NCBI GenBank assembly: GCA_965199495.1
Contig: CBDASK010000003.1
Location: 4,416,001 to 4,480,000, forward strand
Length of the DNA: 64,000 nucleotides
Direction: 5' to 3'
Source: Abditibacterium sp.
GTDB lineage: Bacteria > Armatimonadota > Abditibacteriia > Abditibacteriales > Abditibacteriaceae
Below, piece by piece: positions 51,350 through 59,974 of the stretch (the first letter of the stretch is position 1; every line of letters begins with the position of its first letter). The notes below the pieces were generated by a model. It saw only the letters and a program-made list of their open reading frames with translations, was not told the origin of the DNA and did no database searches. The position numbers and the translations under genes were made by a program.

Positions 51350-52471
51350 CTAATAAATCGCGTCTTCGGTTGTGGCGTCGAACAAGTGCGTCTTGTCCAG
51401 ATCAATCGCGACGCGGAGCGGCTGGCCTTCGGTGGCGCGCGTGTCCGACGATAATCCGGCGACGAGTTGTTGCTCGCCCATCGTGAGATAGGCCACGGTC
51501 ATTTCGCCCATCGGCTCGATGACGTCCACTTTGGCTTCGATGGTATTTTTTTCGTTCGCGTCAATGACTTTGGTAATGCTGGCATCGAAAACGTCGCCGG
51601 GGCGCACGCCAAAAATCACTTCTTTGCCAACCCAATCCTTCAATTTGCCATTATATTTGGGCGGCGTGGCGATTTGAAAAGCGCCGGTATCCACGATGAA
51701 TCCGTCGCCATCGGTTTTGAGTTGCGCTTTCAAAAAGTTCATCGAAGGCGTGCCGATGAAACCGGCGACGAACATATTGACCGGATGGCGATATAATTCC
51801 ATCGGCGTCGCGCACTGCTGAATCAAACCGTCCTTCATCACGGCGATGCGCTGGCCCATCGTCATCGCCTCGACCTGATCGTGCGTGACGTAAACCGTCG
51901 TCACGTTGAGGCGACGGTGCAATTTGATGAGTTCGGCGCGCGTCTGCACGCGCAGTTTGGCGTCGAGGTTGGACAAAGGTTCGTCCATCAAAAAGACCTG
52001 TGGCTCGCGCACAATGGCGCGGCCCAGAGCCACGCGCTGGCGCTGGCCGCCCGACAGTTGGCTCGGTTTGCGCTTGAGCAGTTCGGCCAGACCCAACTGA
52101 TCGGACACTTCTTGAATGCGCCCGTCAATTTGCGATTTTTCGGTTTTGCGCAACTTCAGGCCAAAAGCCATATTGTCGTAAACCGTCATGTGCGGATAGA
52201 GCGCGTAGTTTTGGAAAACCATCGCGATGTCGCGGTCTTTGGGCGCCAGATCGTTGACGACCTTTTCGCCGATGGAAATCGTGCCGCCGTTGATCTCTTC
52301 GAGACCGGCGATCATGCGCAGCGTCGTGGTTTTGCCGCAACCCGAAGGCCCGACCAAAACCATAAATTCGTGATCGTGAATCGTCAGGTCAATGCCCTTG
52401 ACAACGACCGTTTCGCCGCCCGTATCGTTGCGGTAAGTCTTAACGAGCTTTTGTAGTTGAACTTGCGCCAT
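51350..52471 (-). CDS. msmX: Carbohydrate ABC transporter ATPase (MsmX/UgpC/MalK type)
   Basis: GPSGCGKTT, DIAMVFQNYALYPHM, LSGGQRQR, DEPLSNLDAKLR, TOBE C-terminus. Confidence 0.9.
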   Translation of the reverse strand: MAQVQLQKLVKTYRNDTGGETVVVKGIDLTIHDHEFMVLVGPSGCGKTTTLRMIAGLEEINGGTISIGEKVVNDLAPKDRDIAMVFQNYALYPHMTVYDNMAFGLKLRKTEKSQIDGRIQEVSDQLGLAELLKRKPSQLSGGQRQRVALGRAIVREPQVFLMDEPLSNLDAKLRVQTRAELIKLHRRLNVTTVYVTHDQVEAMTMGQRIAVMKDGLIQQCATPMELYRHPVNMFVAGFIGTPSMNFLKAQLKTDGDGFIVDTGAFQIATPPKYNGKLKDWVGKEVIFGVRPGDVFDASITKVIDANEKNTIEAKVDVIEPMGEMTVAYLTMGEQQLVAGLSSDTRATEGQPLRVAIDLDKTHLFDATTEDAIY

Positions 52472-52614
52472 AAGAATTATTATTTGGAAACTTTGGGATT
52501 CCCCAGTGTGACACAAAATACTAATATCGCCAAAGAACTTTATTTTTGCGAAACTGGTCAAAGATTTATTTCTTCAACAAAACGATGTCTTCTCGATTTG
52601 TTTTTCCCACCATA

Positions 52615-55569
52615 ATGCCCCGAAAAATCAAATTTTCAACACTTTCCACCACTTTTGCTTTGCTCGGCAGTGCAGCCACGGCGGCGCCCAGTGCCCACGC
52701 CGCGCCACTAAACCCCGTTGTTATCGGCGGTGCGCGCTTTTCGGTGTTGACGCCCAATTGCATCCGTATGGAATACGATGCGGACGGCAAATTCATAGAT
52801 TTACCGTCGCTGTTCGCCGCCAACAGGGACGCGCGTTTCGATAATTTCAAATTGGAAAAAGAGGGCGCCAATACAGTCATTGATACCGGTGCGATTCGCC
52901 TGAAATACGCGCCCGATGGTCAAACGTTTTCGGCCAAAAATTTGTCGGCGACGATCAAAGATGGCACGAACTGGACGCCGGGCGCCAAAAACGTGGGCAA
53001 TCTGGGCGGCACGCTGCGCACGCTTGATGGCGTGAAAGGGCCGGTGCCGGTTCTGCCGGGCGTTTTGTCGCGCGACGGTTGGGCTTTAATTGACAACTCG
53101 CGCGACCCGCTTCTCACCAAAGATTGGGTCGAGGCGCGGCCTCAAGACGCAGGCAGCGATTGGTATTTGTTCGGCTACGGCCACGATTATCGGGCGGCCT
53201 TGAAGTCGCTGACGAGCGTGAGTGGCGAAGTGCCGTTGCCGCGCAAGAATTTGCTGGGCACCTGGTATTCGCGTTACTGGCCGATTTCGTCGGCGGAATA
53301 TCGCGAGTTCGCCAAAGAATACGAGCAGCACGATTTCCCGCTCGACAACATGGTTTTGGACATGGACTGGCACCGTCAAGGCTGGACGGGCTGGAGCTGG
53401 AACCGCGATTTGATTCCCGATCCGGAAAATCTGATTTCCGATTTGCACAAACAGGGCTTGCAGGTCACGCTCAACCTGCACCCCGCCGACGGCGTGGCTG
53501 CATCGGAAGACCAGTATCCTGCCTTTATGAAAACGTTGGGCGCACCCAACGATGGCAAAACAATTCCGTTTGATGCCGCCGACCAAAAACAAATGAACGC
53601 GCTGGAAACGCAGGTTTTAGATCCCTTGACCAAAGCGGGCGTGGATTTTTGGTGGGTGGACTGGCAGCAATATCCCAACACGCGCGGCATTCCCGAACTG
53701 ACGAATTTGTGGTGGATTAACGAACTTATGTCGCGCTACACGCAGGAAGGCGGACGGCGTGGCGTTTCGTTTTCGCGTTGGGCCGGTTGGGGCGATCAGC
53801 GCCATCCGATTCACTTTTCGGGCGATGCTTCGTCGGACTGGAGTTCGCTGGCGTTTCAGGTGCCGTTTACCGCAACTTCGGGCAACGTCGGTTGTTTTTT
53901 CTGGACGCACGATATCGGCGGACATAACGGCGGGCGCAACGAAGAATCTTATGCGCGTTGGTGTCAGTTCGGCGCGCTTTCGGCGTCATTGCGTTCGCAC
54001 TCGTCGCGCGACGCCGACACCGACCGGCGCCCGTGGAAATATCCCAAATGGGACGAAGATTCGATGCGCGACAGCTTCCACCTGCGCTCGGAACTGTTTC
54101 CCTATATTTATTCCAGCGCCGCGCAAAGCACGCGCGAATCGGTGCCGATGCTGCGCCCGATGTATTTCGATTACCCCGAAACCGAAGCCGCCTATCACAA
54201 TGGGCAAGAATATCTGTTCGGCGACGATTTGCTGGTCGCGCCCATCGCCTCGCCGGGCGTCGGGCCGAATCGCGTGGCGCATCAGGCGGTCTGGTTTCCC
54301 AACGGCAGCAATTGGTTTAACACGTTCACCGGCGAAAAATATCAGGGAGGAACGGACGCGTTATGCGCGGCGGACATCAACGAATTTCCGCTTTTTGCGC
54401 GCGGCGGCGTGCCGGTCGCGATGCAGCCGTATAGCGACCGTATGACGAGCGTCAAAATTTCGACGCTGCGTTTGCGCGCTTTTCCGGGCGCGAACGGGCA
54501 AAGCGGGCGCTCGGAGTTATACGAAGACGACGGCCAGACCAACGCTTACAAAACCGGTGCGTCCGCCCAAACGCCGTTGCGTTATACGCGTAACGGCAAC
54601 CGCATCGAAATCGCGGTCGGCGCGACGCAGGGCAAATTCGCCGGACAACTGCTGACGCGCGCCTATCAAATTGAATTGCCCGCGACGCAGCGCGCGACGG
54701 GCGCTACGCTCGACGGCAAAAGTTTGGCGGTGCGCTACGATGCAGCCACGGCGACCAACACGATTGCGGTTCCGGCGCGTTCGATTGGCGGCAACTTTTC
54801 GGTTTTCGTCATCGCCGCCGATGCCGACGCCACAGTTCTGCGCAACGTCGCGCAGGCGCGCCGCATGAAAGGCGTGACGGGCCGCGATTTCGCGCCGCAA
54901 AATCCGCACGACTTACTCCAAAACGCGCTGGCTGGCCAACTTTCGGGCGCGCAACGCGACGAGGCGTTGGCGGTTGTCGGCGTGGGAATTATCGCGAAAA
55001 ACCAATCGCCAATTTTCGCGCGCGGCGATGTGCGCGACGTGGTTTATGTGCCGTCGGGCGTGTTGGACGAAGCGCCCCACATCGAAACGGTTTCGCGTTC
55101 GAGCGCGACTTTTGAAGTCGGCGGCCAAAAGCTGATGTTGCCCGATCTGTTGGGCGGCGACATCGCGCCCAATGCGACCGTGACGGTTTCGGGCGTCGAA
55201 AACGGTTATGGATTTAAGGGCGCGACCGATAAAATTCCGGGCGGCTATCCCGACAATCGCGACAACGAATGGTCGAGCGGCCAAAAAGTGGGCGCCACGA
55301 TTCGCCTGACGTGGAAAACGCCGCAGAAGATTGATCGCGTCCAACTTTTCGACCGGCCCAACGAAAACGATAACGCGTTGAAATCGCAATTGACGTTCAG
55401 CGACGGCACAACAGTTGAAGTCGGCGCCCTACCCAACAACGGAAAAACGCCCGCCGAAGCGCGTTTTGCCGCCAAAACGGTGACGTGGGTCGAATGGAAA
55501 GCCCTCGAAGTCAGCGACAACACCGAAAACATCGGATTGGGCGAATTCGCCGTTTTTGGCGTGGGCTAA
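52615..55569 (+). CDS. GH31 glycoside hydrolase with C-terminal accessory (F5/8-like) domain
   Basis: WYSRYW, LDMDWH, DFWWVDWQQ, FSGD, HDIGGH, LYEDDG; start 52585 or 52615. Confidence 0.88.
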   Translation: MPRKIKFSTLSTTFALLGSAATAAPSAHAAPLNPVVIGGARFSVLTPNCIRMEYDADGKFIDLPSLFAANRDARFDNFKLEKEGANTVIDTGAIRLKYAPDGQTFSAKNLSATIKDGTNWTPGAKNVGNLGGTLRTLDGVKGPVPVLPGVLSRDGWALIDNSRDPLLTKDWVEARPQDAGSDWYLFGYGHDYRAALKSLTSVSGEVPLPRKNLLGTWYSRYWPISSAEYREFAKEYEQHDFPLDNMVLDMDWHRQGWTGWSWNRDLIPDPENLISDLHKQGLQVTLNLHPADGVAASEDQYPAFMKTLGAPNDGKTIPFDAADQKQMNALETQVLDPLTKAGVDFWWVDWQQYPNTRGIPELTNLWWINELMSRYTQEGGRRGVSFSRWAGWGDQRHPIHFSGDASSDWSSLAFQVPFTATSGNVGCFFWTHDIGGHNGGRNEESYARWCQFGALSASLRSHSSRDADTDRRPWKYPKWDEDSMRDSFHLRSELFPYIYSSAAQSTRESVPMLRPMYFDYPETEAAYHNGQEYLFGDDLLVAPIASPGVGPNRVAHQAVWFPNGSNWFNTFTGEKYQGGTDALCAADINEFPLFARGGVPVAMQPYSDRMTSVKISTLRLRAFPGANGQSGRSELYEDDGQTNAYKTGASAQTPLRYTRNGNRIEIAVGATQGKFAGQLLTRAYQIELPATQRATGATLDGKSLAVRYDAATATNTIAVPARSIGGNFSVFVIAADADATVLRNVAQARRMKGVTGRDFAPQNPHDLLQNALAGQLSGAQRDEALAVVGVGIIAKNQSPIFARGDVRDVVYVPSGVLDEAPHIETVSRSSATFEVGGQKLMLPDLLGGDIAPNATVTVSGVENGYGFKGATDKIPGGYPDNRDNEWSSGQKVGATIRLTWKTPQKIDRVQLFDRPNENDNALKSQLTFSDGTTVEVGALPNNGKTPAEARFAAKTVTWVEWKALEVSDNTENIGLGEFAVFGVG

Positions 55570-55576
55570 CCGACTG

Positions 55577-55599
55577 GTAGGGGCTTGCCGCGCAAGCCC
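55577..55599 (+). repeat. Single GTAG-type REP-like hairpin
   Basis: GTAG-GGGCTTGC-cgc-GCAAGCCC. Confidence 0.45.
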
Positions 55600-55646
55600 A
55601 ACATGAGAGCGGATTCCCGTTTTAGGCCGGCGAGTGACTGCATCAT

Positions 55647-55820
55647 GTTCATTTGCTGGAACAGCATTTCAACGCCGACGGGTTTCACCTGACGCTCATG
55701 CGCACACCGGACGAAGTCCAGAATTTGGTCAACGCCTCCAATAATATGTTTGCTACTGTAGCCCTTCGCTTTGGGAAGGGCTACAGCACTCTCGTCGTTA
55801 GAAAATCACTGGGCAAACGC
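55647..55820 (+). pseudogene. Heavily deleted LacI regulator relic
   Basis: VHLLEQHFNADGFHLTLMRTPDEVQNLV matches VHLLEHHLSAEDFHLMLLGTPREVEELV (21389 LacI); LVVRKSLG matches the C-terminus of the 45526 LacI. Confidence 0.7.
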
Positions 55821-55914
55821 GCTCATGTTGAACTGATTCGTTGTTAGGGTCTGCTCTTTTTTGTTATCAGAAATTCCGCTCTTTTGACATCCAAACAATT
55901 GTTTCCAAAAGGAT

Positions 55915-55962
55915 GTTTGAAAGAAGCGCGATTTGGGTATAATAACTTAGAGATACCGGTAT
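55915..55962 (+). promoter_or_regulatory. Promoter GTTTGA-N17-TATAAT plus ATACCGGTAT operator
   Basis: Promoter at 55915-55943; operator at 55953-55962. Confidence 0.75.
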
Positions 55963-56010
55963 TGCTTCCGTAGCACATTTTTATTTTGCCGCATCTTTCA
56001 AGAAACTAAC

Positions 56011-56820
56011 ATGATCTCTTCCCTGAAATCCCCACTTTCCGCACCTAAAAATGCGAAATCCGCGTTCACGCTTATCGAGTTGCTCGTCGTGATCGCCATC
56101 ATCGCCATCCTCGCGGCGATTCTGTTCCCCGTTTTTGCCCGCGCCCGTGAAAACGCTCGTCGTTCGTCCTGTTCCAGCAATCTCAAACAGATCGGTTTGG
56201 GCGTTATGCAATATACACAGGATTACGACGAAAGGATGCCGTCAGGTCGAATCACAGATCAATCAAACTGGGAAGTTGTAATTCAACCCTACGTCAAGAG
56301 CTATCAGCTTTTCGTCTGTCCTTCAAATACTCGTAACACTGTTACAATGTCCAACGGCGGAGATTCTAATCCCGGTGGCCCTTCCAGAACCTTCGTTTCC
56401 TATGCAGCCCCCATTGAGATCTCGCCTAACGGCGCCGCATTTGGGAACATAGGTGCGGCTGGCCCCAGCTTGGCTGATTTTCAGAGCGTTTCACAAACTA
56501 TCATGGTTTGTGAAACCAACACAAGCGACACCGATTTCCGCTTGACTGGCGCTTCATGGGTGGGTCCAACGTCGCAGAACACTGGCAATAACCCAGCCAT
56601 ATTCTCTGGCCATCTCGGAACGACGAATCTGCTCTTTGCTGATGGTCACGTTAAATCAATGAAGCCTATGCAAACGATTCCCAGCGACCCCACTAACAAC
56701 TTTCAAGGTTCTGGTTCTTATAATATGTGGAGCAGACTTAGCGATAACTCGTATGGAGGCAACAAATGGGGGGATCGCGTAACAAATATGCTGAGCAATT
56801 CCACCCAAAAATATCAGTAG
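56011..56820 (+). CDS. Prepilin-type DUF1559 / H-X9-DG protein
   Basis: A|FTLIELL...; [15 protein letters not shown]. Confidence 0.92.
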   Translation: MISSLKSPLSAPKNAKSAFTLIELLVVIAIIAILAAILFPVFARARENARRSSCSSNLKQIGLGVMQYTQDYDERMPSGRITDQSNWEVVIQPYVKSYQLFVCPSNTRNTVTMSNGGDSNPGGPSRTFVSYAAPIEISPNGAAFGNIGAAGPSLADFQSVSQTIMVCETNTSDTDFRLTGASWVGPTSQNTGNNPAIFSGHLGTTNLLFADGHVKSMKPMQTIPSDPTNNFQGSGSYNMWSRLSDNSYGGNKWGDRVTNMLSNSTQKYQ

Positions 56821-56831
56821 GAGTAGCAAAT

Positions 56832-56865
56832 AAAAACGCCGCGAGCCAAAAGCTCGCGGCGTTTT
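56832..56865. terminator. Bidirectional terminator
   Basis: aaaacgccgcgagc-caaaa-gctcgcggcgtttt. Confidence 0.8.
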
Positions 56866-56882
56866 CGTTTGTCGGCCCTACT

Positions 56883-58547
56883 CTACTTTGCGCCGAATAC
56901 TTCGACTTCCGAAGTAAACGCGAACTGAACGTGATACCCGGATTCATTGGGATAATGATCGGGATATGTCAATCTCACGTAACGCGTGGGCGTCGCGTTG
57001 AACGAATAGAGATGGCGCTCTTCCGCATTTTGATTGAACACGTAACTGCCGACTTTGGTGAAGTTCTGGCCGTCGCGGCTCAGCGCGACTTCGACGGTTT
57101 TAGTCGAGCCGAATTTGGGCACGCCCAGCCAGACATATTTCACCGGCGTAACCGCGCCCAGATCAATCGTCGCGTTTTTGGGGAATTCGTCTTTTTCGCC
57201 CGACGCGAAAGTGTGCGGTTGTTCGCCGCTCCATGAGCCGTCGGTCAGTCCGCCCGTGCCGTAATCGTAGACGTTGGGGTCGGAAGCCGTGTAAGGTTTG
57301 CCCAGCGCCAGATTCGGCCCGGCGTCGGCGGGCAAACCGGTCGCACTCACTTCGATGGTCACGCCTTCGACGGGCGCGCTCAGACTGTCTATGGCTTGTT
57401 GATAATTATCGTCGGCGCGCTTCAGAGCAGCCACGGCGCCATCAATGGCTGGCCCCTGAACCGGCCCCAACTGCAAATTGCGCCACCAATTGAAGTTGTT
57501 GCCCTCTTTCCAATTGGTCACGTCCCACAATTTGTGCGCCTGTTCGGAATAGGTGCCGGGCACCAGAACGCCCGCGTTTAACTCTTTGTCGCTCCACATT
57601 CCCAAACTTTTACCATTGATTTTCACGTCATAAGTGCCCGGCTTCAAATCGCGCACGCGCAGGTTTTGTCCGGCGACCTTCAAGAATCCGACCGCGCGCG
57701 CGCCTTGCGCGCCGATTTCGCTCATCCATAAGGGCACACGCACTGGTTGTTGCGGCTTAATCTGGCTTTTATCGGCGCCCGTCAATTGCGCGGCGCTCAC
57801 ATCGGCCAAAGGCGGCATCGGCTCGGCGCCCATGCCAACGAGCATCGCGCCGCTCATCACGATGCCGCCGTTTTCGTCGGGATGAACGGCGTCGGGAATC
57901 ATCGAAGAACCGGGGTTCTGGGCTTTGACAGCGGCCCACGCGTCCAAAATCGGATGGAGAATATCAATGTAAGTCGCGCCATACTTACGCGCGATTGCTT
58001 TGTCGGCCTCGCCAAACGCTTCGAGCGTTTTGTTGTATTGCACGTCAATCAACTGGTTCTTCGCGACCCAACCCGGCTGGCGATCATAATCCACTGGCGA
58101 CGGCGAAAACACGATGACGCGAATTTTCTGGTCGGTCAACGCCTTGACGATTCCGTCCATTTTGGCCGTATAATTGGCGAGCATCGCGTCGTCGAGCTTG
58201 CTGTAACGCCCATCGTTCATGCCAAAACAAACCGTGACAACATCGGGTTTGAGCGGCATCACATCGCGGTTCAAGCGGCTTAATCCGTTGTCGGCTTTGT
58301 CGCCCGACCAACCCGCGTTGAAAAAGCGGATGTGGCGTTCGGGATAGCGCGCATAAACGTAATCCTGAAAAGGCCGCGTGTAGTTGTGAAATTCGGTGAT
58401 GCTGTCGCCATAAAAAACCACGCGGTCATTGGTTTTCAGGGGGAAATCGGCGCGCGCGATTTGCGGACAAAGCAGCAACGTGCCCGCGCCGGTGGCTGCT
58501 ATCAGCGTCAGAGGCAATTTCCAACGATTTTGGGGGGAAGTTTTCAT
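56883..58547 (-). CDS. SGNH/GDSL carbohydrate esterase with C-terminal F5/8 type C domain
   Basis: FYGDSIT, NAGWSG, GMND, DAVHP; NLALGKP..LTDG. Confidence 0.82.
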   Translation of the reverse strand: MKTSPQNRWKLPLTLIAATGAGTLLLCPQIARADFPLKTNDRVVFYGDSITEFHNYTRPFQDYVYARYPERHIRFFNAGWSGDKADNGLSRLNRDVMPLKPDVVTVCFGMNDGRYSKLDDAMLANYTAKMDGIVKALTDQKIRVIVFSPSPVDYDRQPGWVAKNQLIDVQYNKTLEAFGEADKAIARKYGATYIDILHPILDAWAAVKAQNPGSSMIPDAVHPDENGGIVMSGAMLVGMGAEPMPPLADVSAAQLTGADKSQIKPQQPVRVPLWMSEIGAQGARAVGFLKVAGQNLRVRDLKPGTYDVKINGKSLGMWSDKELNAGVLVPGTYSEQAHKLWDVTNWKEGNNFNWWRNLQLGPVQGPAIDGAVAALKRADDNYQQAIDSLSAPVEGVTIEVSATGLPADAGPNLALGKPYTASDPNVYDYGTGGLTDGSWSGEQPHTFASGEKDEFPKNATIDLGAVTPVKYVWLGVPKFGSTKTVEVALSRDGQNFTKVGSYVFNQNAEERHLYSFNATPTRYVRLTYPDHYPNESGYHVQFAFTSEVEVFGAK

Positions 58548-58670
58548 GATGGGAAATTTTTGAAGTGGCTCAAAGAGCAAAATAGGCGAAATTTATCTTG
58601 CCAAGCCGTTTGGGGAGCGCCCCTTTTGTTCCGGCAAGATGAATTTCTTCGCTTCTCATATAGACCTTGA

Positions 58671-58843
58671 ATACCGGTATTTTGTGGCGGAGAAGCGAAT
58701 GATCTGCTTGATTTGCCAGTCAGACGGCACGGGCTACTCTTTAGCAATAGAGCGTTAAATCAAAGGCAAGATTCTGTGAAAAAGCAAATAGTAGTCTATA
58801 TCAGCCCACAAACCACAGTGCCCACGTTTACTGATACCGGTAT
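58671..58843. promoter_or_regulatory. Two ATACCGGTAT operators (58671-58680, 58834-58843) in a divergent promoter region
   Basis: Perfect palindromes. Confidence 0.6.
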
Positions 58844-58869
58844 TTCTTTACATTGCCTCCAAATTTACT

Positions 58870-58898
58870 GTTTAAGAATCACCGAGTTTGGGTATAAT
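58870..58898 (+). promoter_or_regulatory. Promoter GTTTAA-N17-TATAAT
   Basis: Conserved motif. Confidence 0.7.
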
Positions 58899-58973
58899 AA
58901 TTATCAGAGATAACGGCCTTAGCACTTTTGGAAGTAGCCACCGCCTCTCTTTCATTTTCAAAAACCCCCAATC

Positions 58974-59768
58974 ATGTCCCCCCTCCGTTCTCCAATCACC
59001 GCTCACAAAAGCGCAAAATCTGCGTTTACGTTGATCGAGTTGCTCGTCGTGATCGCGATCATCGCCATCTTGGCGGCAATTCTGTTCCCCGTGTTCGCCC
59101 GTGCGCGCGAAAACGCCCGCAAAATCTCGTGCATCAGCAATCTCAAGCAAATCGGCTTGGGCGTCATGCAATACACTCAGGATTATGACGAGCGCTACCC
59201 ACTGCGCTATTATGGGGGGGCACCCAATGATAATATAAAATTTGCCAACTCATGGCGTCGTCAAATTTTCCCCTACGTCAAAAGCACCCAGCTGTTCCAG
59301 TGCCCCTCCAACACCAGCAATAACTTACTCGCAGACGATAGCATTCCTGCTACTATGTCAGGTGCGAATTTACCTGCGGGTTCGCCACAGTTCTATCGTT
59401 CTTACGCGATTAATGGTGCCAACAGCTTTGGCGGAACCCCACCCTCGGAATACGACCATGCGGCATCGATGTCCCAGCTTGTGAGTAGTTCGGAAGTCAT
59501 CTTGGTTACCGAGATGACCCAAGCGATTGGTTTCACTGGAGATATTCCCGGTTCTATTGATAACTGGGGTAACCCTGATTATGTGTTCAAAGGTCACTTG
59601 AATTTTGTCAACTTCCTGTTCTGCGATGGTCACGCCAAATCGATGAAGGTCATGGCAACGGCAACTCCCAAGAATCTGTGGAGCGGTGAAGATGATGGCC
59701 CAATTCCCAATCCTTCTAATGGTTGGACTCGTATAGTCAACTGGCAAACATTGGTGGACAAGTCGTAA
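58974..59768 (+). CDS. Prepilin-type DUF1559 / H-X9-DG protein
   Basis: A|FTLIELL...; [15 protein letters not shown]. Confidence 0.92.
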   Translation: MSPLRSPITAHKSAKSAFTLIELLVVIAIIAILAAILFPVFARARENARKISCISNLKQIGLGVMQYTQDYDERYPLRYYGGAPNDNIKFANSWRRQIFPYVKSTQLFQCPSNTSNNLLADDSIPATMSGANLPAGSPQFYRSYAINGANSFGGTPPSEYDHAASMSQLVSSSEVILVTEMTQAIGFTGDIPGSIDNWGNPDYVFKGHLNFVNFLFCDGHAKSMKVMATATPKNLWSGEDDGPIPNPSNGWTRIVNWQTLVDKS

Positions 59769-59787
59769 AAAGCCAGTCAACCGAATT

Positions 59788-59825
59788 AAAAACGCGTGCA
59801 TCTTTCCGATGCGCGCGTTTTTTTT
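59788..59825 (+). terminator. Rho-independent terminator
   Basis: aaaaacgcgtgcatc-tttcc-gatgcgcgcgtttttttt. Confidence 0.8.
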
Positions 59826-59841
59826 GAATGACAAATCGGAT

Positions 59842-59885
59842 GTTTCAAACGCGCGAGTTTTGGGTATAATCTAAAATACCGGTAT
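59842..59885 (+). promoter_or_regulatory. xylF promoter GTTTCA-N17-TATAAT plus ATACCGGTAT operator
   Basis: Promoter at 59842-59870; operator at 59876-59885. Confidence 0.75.
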
Positions 59886-59974
59886 CTTTTTTATATAAAT
59901 TCTCTGGCGCCGCCGCTTTGGCGTTACGCGTCGCTGCATTTTCAGCGAAACTGGGAACAGTAAATTTCTCAACT

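Noticed and set aside
14052..59768. Diversity-generating retroelement or shufflon acting on the pilins
   Set aside because: No reverse transcriptase, recombinase or TR/VR pair seen; the variable regions are too divergent
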